From: Candidatus Babeliales bacterium
GTDB taxonomy: Bacteria; Babelota; Babeliae; Babelales; JANWKD01
Assembly: GCA_963701665.1 (NCBI GenBank)
Contig: OY969622.1
Coordinates: 96,001 to 160,000, forward strand
Direction of reading: 5' to 3'
Length of the DNA stretch: 64,000 nucleotides
The notes beneath the pieces are model-generated. The model was not told the DNA's origin, did no database searches, and was given only the letters and a program-made list of their open reading frames with translations. Numbering within the stretch: position 1 is the first letter of the stretch; every line of letters starts with the position of its first letter. The position numbers were made by a program, and so were the translations under genes. Shown in pieces: positions 48,451-56,990 of the stretch.

Positions 48451-49562
48451 AAAAAATTCGCGTCGCCGTTCTTCTTGGCGGTAGATCAAATGAAAAAGAA
48501 ATTTCTCTTGAATCTGGCAGAAATGTTGTTTACAAATTATCGCCGCAAAAATATACCGCGTTGCCTCTGTTTGTGAACACTGCTATGCATCTTTATCATA
48601 TTACCAATCAACAACTTGTTTTAAATTCCACAAAAGAAATAGAAAAATCATTGGTTCCAGAACAAAAAATCCTATGGCACACGCTTTCGGAAATTGCGGA
48701 TTTTGTTTTCATTGCCTTACATGGCGGCGAGGGCGAAAATGGCTGCGTGCAAGGTGCATTACAAATGCTTGATATGCCGTATAATGGAGCAGGCGTATTC
48801 ACCAGTGCTCTGTGCATGGATAAATACCGCACGAATGCATTATTAGCTGCTAAAGGATTTCACGTACCGCGTTCGTTATTTATTGCCAAAGAAACATGGC
48901 ATGAACGCAGAGAAGAAACGCTAGCAAACATTCAAAAAACATTTACATTACCCTGCATAATCAAACCACATGATGATGGCTGCAGTGTTTTTGTTTCAAA
49001 AATTACAAATTATAATGATCTTTCAGAATCTATTGATGCCTTTTTTACAACAGGAAAAACGCACGCATTGGTTGAAGAATTTATTCAAGGAATGGAGTTG
49101 ACCGTGGGCGTCGTTGGCAATGAAATGCCGCACGCGCTTACACCGAGCCAAGCAATAGCTGCGCACGGAATTTTATCGATCGAAGAAAAATTTTTGCCGG
49201 GAGCTGGAGAAAATCAAACACCCGCACCGTTGCCATCTGCAACGCTCGAGTTTGTAAAAAAAACAATGGAAAACGTTTATGCAGCAATCGATTGCAAGGG
49301 ATACGCGCGCATTGATTGTTTTTATCAAACTGCAGAACAAAGTACAGCGCAAAAAGAACGTGTCGTAATTTTGGAAATCAATACACTTCCAGGGTTAACG
49401 CCGGCCACCTGCATTTTTCATCAAGCAGCTGAAGAAGACATTAGGCCCATGGATTTTATTGATATGATTGTAACCCTTGGTTTTGAGTATCACCAAAAGC
49501 AGATGGGCACCATTTTCCCACAAGAAAAAACTGCTGCGCGAGAGAAACACAAACATTTATAA
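48438..49562 (+). CDS. ddl: D-alanine--D-alanine ligase-like ATP-grasp protein 2
   Basis: GG.SNEKEIS, LHGGEGENG, YARID and LEINTLPGLT motifs. Confidence 0.88.
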   Translation: MDSLKKIRVAVLLGGRSNEKEISLESGRNVVYKLSPQKYTALPLFVNTAMHLYHITNQQLVLNSTKEIEKSLVPEQKILWHTLSEIADFVFIALHGGEGENGCVQGALQMLDMPYNGAGVFTSALCMDKYRTNALLAAKGFHVPRSLFIAKETWHERREETLANIQKTFTLPCIIKPHDDGCSVFVSKITNYNDLSESIDAFFTTGKTHALVEEFIQGMELTVGVVGNEMPHALTPSQAIAAHGILSIEEKFLPGAGENQTPAPLPSATLEFVKKTMENVYAAIDCKGYARIDCFYQTAEQSTAQKERVVILEINTLPGLTPATCIFHQAAEEDIRPMDFIDMIVTLGFEYHQKQMGTIFPQEKTAAREKHKHL

Positions 49563-49613
49563 ACTTCCATTTACAGTGGTTGATGATTGAGAAAAGAGTA
49601 TTGCATGTATAGA

Positions 49614-49805
49614 CGTCATTGCGAGCGTATGCGTGGCAACCCAGCTTATAAAATTAATTCATTAAAGGAATTTATTAAAGTTCTGGATCTCCACGTTCCG
49701 TCTTCGCTTATCCATGTCTTCCGACTTGGCAAGCTACGTCGGACAGGCGCTTCATCGCGGATCCTGCGAAGCCTTGGCGAAGTAGGACGGCTCCTCGGGA
49801 AGACA
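49614..49805 (-). repeat. Palindromic repeat copy 6 (inverted), with multiple nested hairpins
   Basis: cgtcattgcgagcg...gcaacccag...ttctggatctccacg...gtaggacggctcctcgggaagaca. Confidence 0.85.
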
Positions 49806-49812
49806 TCCGCGA

Positions 49813-50607
49813 TTAATTTAGCTTAATTCCTGCGTCAGTAAGAATTTTTTCAACGTTCACAACATCATTGGTACTCATGTCTTTGATATATGATATATTG
49901 TTATTAAATAAGACATTCGCATCCCATTTCTTCGGATCCATTTTGTCCGTATTACCAATACGAGCAACTAACCATTGAGTTGGTGCAGCAGTCCCATTTT
50001 TAAAATATATTTGTATATCTAGCGCTCTTATACCCTGTGACATTAAAAAATTTTGTGCATTTGGTGGACCATCAAAGTTTGTCTCTTCTGTATAAAATTC
50101 AAATCCAATTTCCCATAAATCAGATGAATTTTTTGTCGCATTCTTATACCAGTCAGTTTTTTGCATAAAATTTTCAAATGCAAGAATGTCAAAGGTAAGT
50201 TTGGTGCCGTAACGATTCGTATTATAAATATAAATAGTTATAAAATCATTTTCTCGATCAATAACAACATAGGGCACCGTACTTAATAGCAATTTTGCTT
50301 CATCAGCCGTCCAATTATTCGTACTTGCCGCTAATTGTGGTATTAAAATAAGCTTAGTTCCATTTCCAAGAGCGACATTAGGCCATCGATCGCCAATGAG
50401 CATCCCTAAATTTAAAAGTTGATTTGGCGGCAAATCAAGATTGGGAATAGTATTAATAGAATAATATAAATCATTATTAGTCGTGTGAAATGCAAATGGC
50501 CCCATTAACATATAGCTTTGAGAAACATAATCAGTGTTAAATCTACCTGCATATATACACTGCATAGCTAATATCATACAGAGAAGAAGTCCCATTCTCT
50601 TGAACAT
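49813..50607 (-). CDS. Secreted hypothetical protein, paralogue of 50869..51774
   Basis: Shares NGTK.IL.P.L.A, PYVVI....DFIT.Y.Y, GTKL.F.ILAFE.FM and VEK.LTDAGI. Confidence 0.8.
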   Translation of the reverse strand: MFKRMGLLLCMILAMQCIYAGRFNTDYVSQSYMLMGPFAFHTTNNDLYYSINTIPNLDLPPNQLLNLGMLIGDRWPNVALGNGTKLILIPQLAASTNNWTADEAKLLLSTVPYVVIDRENDFITIYIYNTNRYGTKLTFDILAFENFMQKTDWYKNATKNSSDLWEIGFEFYTEETNFDGPPNAQNFLMSQGIRALDIQIYFKNGTAAPTQWLVARIGNTDKMDPKKWDANVLFNNNISYIKDMSTNDVVNVEKILTDAGIKLN

Positions 50608-50615
50608 AATCTCTC

Positions 50616-50852
50616 CTATTTTTTGCGCATCATAGCTTCATTTTTTTGCTTCAACTGCAGCGCTTTTGCATATTCTAATGTAAGTTTACGTTTTTCTAAG
50701 CTACCATTTTTTGTATTCAGTAATGCTTGACGTTTTTTCTCAGTATCCTCATGCAATTTTTTTTGTGCTGTGGTGAGATTTTTTTGCTCTGCATATAAAC
50801 TACCCAAGCTCATGAAGCACATAATCGCCACGAAACATACTTGACGGCCCAT
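50616..50852 (-). CDS. Small secreted basic helical protein
   Basis: RBS, signal peptide ending LYA; positional paralogue of 51785..52039. Confidence 0.6.
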   Translation of the reverse strand: MGRQVCFVAIMCFMSLGSLYAEQKNLTTAQKKLHEDTEKKRQALLNTKNGSLEKRKLTLEYAKALQLKQKNEAMMRKK

Positions 50853-50868
50853 TACTACGCTCCTTTTT

Positions 50869-51774
50869 TTAACTTGCGCTCAACGTAATACCAGCGTCCG
50901 TCAATACTTTTTCTACATGGGTAACATCATCATCGCTTAAATCTCTTGTATACGTGATGTTATTTTGGGAAAAAACATCCGGATTCCATTTACTTTTATC
51001 AAAATCACTACCATTCAGAGCAATAAAATATTGCGCTGGTAAATAAGGCTCGAGTTCTTTAAATGGGCTTGGGACCCTGTCATACCACTGGAATGCGGAT
51101 TTGAAAAATCCTGATTTAGCCTTTTCATATTCATACTGATCAAAAACCAAATCTATAAAAAATGGATGTATACCTTGTTGGTTTGAAAAGAGTGTTGGTT
51201 GCTTTGGAAAGGGAAAGAGTGCTGGATTTATATTAAAATCCGCATTTGCCGTATTAAATTCAAAACCAATATGCCACCCAGTACTAGGCGCAGCTGTCTT
51301 TGCCAACTGGGTTTTCATCATAAAATCTTCAAACGCCAAAATATTAAAAATTAACTTTGTTCCGATTTTAGCACTATAAAGGTACACGTACACGGTAATA
51401 AAATCATCCGCACCTTCTATAACAACATAAGGCAGCGTATCATAAGTACTTTTTTTCTCTTCTTTTGTTTTACCAGCTGCAACTAAGTCAGGTTGCAAAA
51501 TTATTTTAGTTCCATTGCTAATCTTCATTTGATCAATATGACTTCCCAAAAGAGTTGCTAATCTCATGGGATTGTTTGCAGGTAAACTAAAATTAGAGAT
51601 TGAGCTTATCGTATAATTATATTGTGTATCATTTGATACAAAAGGCGCTTGAAAGCCAAACTCTCCTGCTAAATAATAATTTTGATAATTAGCGGCGGAA
51701 CCCGGAAACCTTTGGTATGCCATAACAGGTGTTATAATGAAGCTCAATACCACCAATAATTTTTTTATATTCAT
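50869..51774 (-). CDS. Secreted hypothetical protein, paralogue of 49813..50607
   Basis: Signal peptide; motifs shared with 49813..50607. Confidence 0.8.
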   Translation of the reverse strand: MNIKKLLVVLSFIITPVMAYQRFPGSAANYQNYYLAGEFGFQAPFVSNDTQYNYTISSISNFSLPANNPMRLATLLGSHIDQMKISNGTKIILQPDLVAAGKTKEEKKSTYDTLPYVVIEGADDFITVYVYLYSAKIGTKLIFNILAFEDFMMKTQLAKTAAPSTGWHIGFEFNTANADFNINPALFPFPKQPTLFSNQQGIHPFFIDLVFDQYEYEKAKSGFFKSAFQWYDRVPSPFKELEPYLPAQYFIALNGSDFDKSKWNPDVFSQNNITYTRDLSDDDVTHVEKVLTDAGITLSAS

Positions 51775-51784
51775 AACTTTCCTC

Positions 51785-52039
51785 TTATAATCTTCCTTTT
51801 AATGTACCTATAATTTTGTTTCGTTCGTTATATTTCTTTGCTAAAGCATCGTTAGCTTCAAAAGTCTTGGTTTGTGCTGCTACCTTTGCTGCTGCAGGTA
51901 TTTCTTGCTTATTCAGAATATATAATCGTTTTTCGAAATCCGCTTTTTCCGTAGTAGTAAGGACCTTAGCATGAACATTCACATTAGCAAGCAATAAAAG
52001 GGCGGCTACACCGTATTTGAACATATTATTTTTTGTCAT
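51785..52039 (-). CDS. Small secreted basic helical protein
   Basis: Signal peptide ending VHA; LTT.E/QK similarity to 50616..50852. Confidence 0.6.
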   Translation of the reverse strand: MTKNNMFKYGVAALLLLANVNVHAKVLTTTEKADFEKRLYILNKQEIPAAAKVAAQTKTFEANDALAKKYNERNKIIGTLKGRL

Positions 52040-52161
52040 AATTCCACCTTTTTTACAGAATTATATAAAATAGTTTAATTTTCTATTATTAATTTTAACC
52101 TATACAAGATATAGATTTCAATAATTAAGTAATTTAAACTGTTTTATAGGGAAAAAAGGCT

Positions 52162-53439
52162 TTATTTGCTATGGTTTTTCGCTGAAGCACCTAAGTAGGC
52201 AGCAACATCAACCTGTTTCATACGTTCTTCATGCCCGGTAATCATGTTTTTTACCGTAACTTCACGCGATTGTTGTTCATCAGGGCCAATTAATAAGCAA
52301 TGTTGAGCGCCCATTTTATGAGCCTTGCGCATCATACTTTTAATTGATTCTTGTTCAAGCAGAATATCAACACAGAAATTTTGGGCATATAAGGTATCGG
52401 CAAGTAAAAGGGCCAAACCATGTTGCTCGGGAGAAAATGGTACAATTACTTGTAAGGCTGGAGGTTGGGCGATTGGCAATTTATCTTTAATCGGTTCTAA
52501 TAAAAGAAGCACGCGTTCAATACCCATCGCGGCACCGATCGAGGGAACATCATGCTTGGCGCCGAGTGCCGTTGCAAGCCGGCTATATCGCCCGCCACCA
52601 CAAAATGCATTTTGTGAACCCAAATCAGTACTCATAAATTCAAAGACTGTTTTATCGTAATAATCAAGCCCGCGTACTAAATTGGGATTTATGGTATAAG
52701 AAATTGAGAGCAGCTGTAAATTAATTTGCAATCGCTGCCATTCATCTTTGCACGTTGCGCATAAATAATCGGTAATATGAGGAGCTTTTTTATACACTTC
52801 CTTGCACGTTTCAACTTTACAATCAAAAATGCGTAAAATATTGTGCTCTTTGCGCACAAGACAATCTTTGCATAATTCTTTTTCATGCTCGTTCAAAAAC
52901 GCGTGCAACACTTCTTTAAAACGCGCGCGATCGTCAGCACATCCGAGGAAATTTATTTGTAATGCGTACGCATCGAGTGATAAGCGCTCTTGAAAAAGGC
53001 GATCGAGCATTGCAATGAACTGCACATCTTGATCTATTGAGGTGCAGCCGATATTTTCAATATTCACTTGATGAAATTGTCGGAATCTTCCTTTTTGTGG
53101 CCGCTCGTAACGGAACATAGGGCCATAGGAATAGACTTTCCAAGGCGTACTGAAAGTTCCATCCTGCAAAAACGCGCGCATGGTTGATGCGGTCGCCTCA
53201 GGACGTAAACACAGCGATGCTTCCTCTTCAGATTTATGTCCATGCACAATGAACATCTCTTTACTTACCACATCGGTTTCTAACCCAAGCGAGCGTTTAA
53301 AAAGGTCAGTGTGCTCAATAATTGGAGTAGCAATCTCGGTAAAATTATACAACGCACAATGCTTCTGCACCGATTGCACAAGGAAATTAAAAAGCCGCAA
53401 ATCCAAAAAATCATGAGTACCTTTAACACGAGAAAGCAT
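52162..53439 (-). CDS. hisS: Histidine--tRNA ligase
   Basis: LRPEATA, FRYERPQKGRFRQFHQ, LVRGLDYY and GGGRY motifs. Confidence 0.98.
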   Translation of the reverse strand: MLSRVKGTHDFLDLRLFNFLVQSVQKHCALYNFTEIATPIIEHTDLFKRSLGLETDVVSKEMFIVHGHKSEEEASLCLRPEATASTMRAFLQDGTFSTPWKVYSYGPMFRYERPQKGRFRQFHQVNIENIGCTSIDQDVQFIAMLDRLFQERLSLDAYALQINFLGCADDRARFKEVLHAFLNEHEKELCKDCLVRKEHNILRIFDCKVETCKEVYKKAPHITDYLCATCKDEWQRLQINLQLLSISYTINPNLVRGLDYYDKTVFEFMSTDLGSQNAFCGGGRYSRLATALGAKHDVPSIGAAMGIERVLLLLEPIKDKLPIAQPPALQVIVPFSPEQHGLALLLADTLYAQNFCVDILLEQESIKSMMRKAHKMGAQHCLLIGPDEQQSREVTVKNMITGHEERMKQVDVAAYLGASAKNHSK

Positions 53440-53777
53440 AGAGAAGAATCCTTTAAAAAAAGCATAAAATTGCTTATTATTATTTTTTATTCTAACACAT
53501 AATAAAAAAATTTACCTATTTTTTAAAAAAGAGTTGACTTTTCTCAGGATAAACTGTTACAACACATGCAACACTAAAAATGTATTTGCAAAAGGAGCTG
53601 CCTATGAAATAAAACATCAAGCTCTTTGCATCAAATTCAAGACTGAATTTATAAAAAAAATAATTTTTTTTATTTAAATGATTGACATTATCGTTATGAT
53701 CTTGCTAAAAAACAAGTGAAGTTAAAAAAATGTGTCGTAGATGTACTGTTCTAACACTTCTAAAAAAGGAGTTTTTC

Positions 53778-55355
53778 ATGAAAAAACTACGTAACCTGTC
53801 GCTGCTGATGCTTGTAAGCATCGTAGGCATCGCCTATGGCAGCAGCACACCACAATCACTCAAGGGCGGCGATGCAACGGGCCAAACATTCTTCTATGCT
53901 CGTCCTCAATTCCAAGATGCAATGCCAGAAAAAATCTCTTTATTCCGTAATGACAGAGCTTTAGCTCGTGAATGCGGTTGGGGTGGGGCATTCCAAGCAG
54001 TTGTTTTTGGTGGACAAAGTAATAATAGCAAAGGCTTAGCTCGCTACTTCATGTTTGAAGAAAAAGATCAATTGATTGTTGCAAGCGATACTGTTAGTGA
54101 TGTTGATCCAAGTCAAGGCATTAACCGTGATGTAAATGCAGCAAACTTTAATATTGGTTACATACTTCCTGGACCAACTTTAGCAGCATACAGTAGCACA
54201 TTAATTTTCAAACCTCGCCAATCAGTTATTGGTGCTGGTTTTGATTATATTCAATATTTTGGATGTGGTGATTGCCCTAAATGGTGGGGAGAAATCTCAT
54301 TTCCAGTATTGCGCGTTCGCAATGATATGCGTTTAACTGAAACAAATGTTACCATTGCAGCTGGCGCAACATTAGTGGCAGGCGCAGCGCCAAATATGGT
54401 TGCAGCATTTACAGGAGCATTTCCAATAGGTGGCGTAGCAACTAATGCATGGGAATTTGGTATTATTAACGGCAAACAACAAAAAACTGGTGTTGCCGAT
54501 GTTGAAATTAAATTTGGGTATGAGTATTTACGCGATGAATGTTCATATCTCTATGGATACATTGGTGTTTTAGCGCCTACGGGCACAACGCCAAAAGCAA
54601 AATATGTCTTTGAACCTCTATTAGGTGAAAATGGCCATGTTGGCTTCCTCTCAGGCGGTTCTGGCGGTTTTGAAATTTGGCAAGGATGTGGTAAATCAGT
54701 GTTCTTTGATTGCGATGTAGCATGGCGCTATTTATTCAACAGATCAGAAATTCGATCATTCGATCTTTATGATCGTCAATGGAGCCGCTATATGCCGGTC
54801 TTTTTAACACCAGCTGCTGCAGCTGCAGATACTGTAACCCCTGGCATCAATGTATTTACTCAAAAAATGAAGGTTCAGCCAGGATTACAATTTGATGTTA
54901 ACTGGGGATTAGTATTAAACACAGAATGTGGCTTCCTAGCAGAGGTTGGTTATAACTTCTGGGCAAGAACAGCTGAACGCATAAAATTAGCAACACCTTG
55001 GGTAGTTGGTCCTTCTATTCCAAACATTGCAGGTAGCGTAACTACTGCGAATGAAATTAATAGAATTTCTAATATTGGTGCTGATTTCAATGGCGTAGAG
55101 GTTACGCTTACAGCACTTCCTACCCCACCAGGATTATCAGCTACTGCATATCTCATTCAGCCAGGCGACATTAACTTAAATTCAGCAACTGCACCTGGTT
55201 GCACAAGTCAACTTATATATGGCACCTTAGGATATAGTTCAGATTGTTGGTGCTGGCCAGTTATGTTTGCTGCTGGCGGATCGTATGAATGGTCAAAAGT
55301 TAATACCGCTTTAACTCGTTGGACAGCTTGGGGTAAAATTGGCATATCAATTTAA
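53778..55355 (+). CDS. Cysteine-containing putative outer-membrane beta-barrel protein
   Basis: Strong RBS, signal peptide, alternating aromatic beta-strands, C-terminal strand WTAWGKIGISI. Confidence 0.7.
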   Translation: MKKLRNLSLLMLVSIVGIAYGSSTPQSLKGGDATGQTFFYARPQFQDAMPEKISLFRNDRALARECGWGGAFQAVVFGGQSNNSKGLARYFMFEEKDQLIVASDTVSDVDPSQGINRDVNAANFNIGYILPGPTLAAYSSTLIFKPRQSVIGAGFDYIQYFGCGDCPKWWGEISFPVLRVRNDMRLTETNVTIAAGATLVAGAAPNMVAAFTGAFPIGGVATNAWEFGIINGKQQKTGVADVEIKFGYEYLRDECSYLYGYIGVLAPTGTTPKAKYVFEPLLGENGHVGFLSGGSGGFEIWQGCGKSVFFDCDVAWRYLFNRSEIRSFDLYDRQWSRYMPVFLTPAAAAADTVTPGINVFTQKMKVQPGLQFDVNWGLVLNTECGFLAEVGYNFWARTAERIKLATPWVVGPSIPNIAGSVTTANEINRISNIGADFNGVEVTLTALPTPPGLSATAYLIQPGDINLNSATAPGCTSQLIYGTLGYSSDCWCWPVMFAAGGSYEWSKVNTALTRWTAWGKIGISI

Positions 55356-55388
55356 CGTAAGCATCATAAGATTAAAAAAGGTTTAAAT

Positions 55389-55841
55389 ATGAATAAGAAA
55401 ATCATAGTTGTATGTGGCATAATTTGTATCATGCTCCATTCACAAGTGTTTGCTCTAAGAGGACTTAAAAAACCTACTGCACAACCAGTTCCTGTACCAG
55501 CTCCTGCGCCAGCTCCTGCACCAAAACCGGCGCCCGCACCAGCGCCAAAGCCAGCTCCTAAGCCAGCACCAGCAAATATTGGTGCACTTCAAGCAGAACT
55601 TGCTCAGACCCAGCAAGATCTTACTAGAGCACAACGAGAACTTGTTGCAGCACAGCGAGAACTTGCTACTGCTCAAGCAGCAGGCACAATGCCTACTGGT
55701 TCAGTTGAACAATTATTAAATCAGATTCTTGATTTGAGGACACAAATAGCAACTGATGTCAGCAAAAAACCTGACCTTATCGAGGCTCGCTTAGGAAGAG
55801 TCTTCGACGATGCTATTGTAGCGCCTGTTGTGGTGATATAG
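55389..55841 (+). CDS. Secreted Pro/Ala-rich plus coiled-coil protein
   Basis: Signal peptide, (PA/PK)n linker at ~55485..55574, AQRELxx heptads. Confidence 0.75.
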   Translation: MNKKIIVVCGIICIMLHSQVFALRGLKKPTAQPVPVPAPAPAPAPKPAPAPAPKPAPKPAPANIGALQAELAQTQQDLTRAQRELVAAQRELATAQAAGTMPTGSVEQLLNQILDLRTQIATDVSKKPDLIEARLGRVFDDAIVAPVVVI

Positions 55842-55852
55842 CTGTATATTAT

Positions 55853-55890
55853 AAAGAAAGCCCGGTAATTTTTTTATCGGGCTTTCTTTT
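55853..55890 (+). terminator. Intrinsic terminator
   Basis: aaagaaagcccggt...atcgggctttctttt. Confidence 0.75.
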
Positions 55891-55932
55891 GTGCTACAAT
55901 GTAACTCTGAAAAATTATAGGAGTTACATTGT

Positions 55933-56940
55933 ATGAAAACAGTTCTTATTACCGGTGGCGCTGGCTATATTGGATCTGCAATTGCTCACGTTCTCACCCA
56001 AAACAACTATCATTGCATCATTCTTGATACATTTGTTCATAATCAACATTTTAATCAACCGCACACAACGCTCATTCGTGCAGATTTTGGGGACAATGAA
56101 ATTCTTAATTCTATTTTTTCTCGTCATACCATTGACGCTGTCATTCATTGTGCCGCTAACATTGAAGTTGGATTATCAGTAAAAAATCCCGCGTCATTCT
56201 ATGAAAATAATGTTGCCAAAACAATTTCACTTTTACATGCAATGGTTAAGCACAACGTTAAAAAAATAATTTTTTCATCATCCTGTGCGGTGTATGGCAA
56301 TCCACAATTTTTGCCACTTGCAGAACACCACCCAAAAAATCCGATAAGCCCTTATGGTAAAACAAAATTAATGGTTGAAATTATATTAGAAGATTTTTGC
56401 GCTGCTTATGCACTGCAGTTTATTGCGCTACGCTATTTCAATGCTGCCGGTGGCATTCCAGATATTAATCATAGTGAACACCATAATCCCGAAACACATC
56501 TTATACCATTGCTTTTAAACGCCGCATTAGAAGAAAAGCCTTTTACGATATATGGAAACGACTATGCAACGCAAGATGGCACCGCCATACGTGATTATAT
56601 TCATATTCTTGATATTGCACATCTTCATGCAGCAGCACTAGATTATTTAGCAATTGGTGGAAAATCAGATTATTTTAACGCCGGCCGTGGTAAAGGAACA
56701 TCAATAGCACAGATGACTGCCTTGATAGAAAACATTACACAAAAAAAATTAAAAATTCAGTATGGACCACGCAGAGAAGGTGATCCAGCACAATTGATTG
56801 CCAGTATTTCCCATGTTCAAAAAGTTCTGCTATGGCAACCACAGTATTCAGATAACGCAATAATTATACAATCTACTTTTGATGCTCAGAGAAGTAGTAC
56901 CAAAAATGAGTTAATAAACAAAGAGGAGGAATGCACTTAA
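55933..56940 (+). CDS. galE: UDP-glucose 4-epimerase
   Basis: GGAGYIGS, FSSSCAVYG, SPYGKTK, LRYFNAAG and DGTAIRDYIH motifs. Confidence 0.95.
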   Translation: MKTVLITGGAGYIGSAIAHVLTQNNYHCIILDTFVHNQHFNQPHTTLIRADFGDNEILNSIFSRHTIDAVIHCAANIEVGLSVKNPASFYENNVAKTISLLHAMVKHNVKKIIFSSSCAVYGNPQFLPLAEHHPKNPISPYGKTKLMVEIILEDFCAAYALQFIALRYFNAAGGIPDINHSEHHNPETHLIPLLLNAALEEKPFTIYGNDYATQDGTAIRDYIHILDIAHLHAAALDYLAIGGKSDYFNAGRGKGTSIAQMTALIENITQKKLKIQYGPRREGDPAQLIASISHVQKVLLWQPQYSDNAIIIQSTFDAQRSSTKNELINKEEECT

Positions 56941-56953
56941 GCATTCCTCCTCT
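56922..56953. terminator. Hairpin overlapping the galE stop, between convergent genes
   Basis: agaggaggaatgc-acttaa-gcattcctcctct. Confidence 0.75.
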
Positions 56954-56990
56954 GAAATTGGCCAGAATTGTCAATTTACTATTTTATAGA

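Noticed and set aside
49587..49826. 79-aa ORF
   Set aside because: Translation of palindromic repeat copy 6
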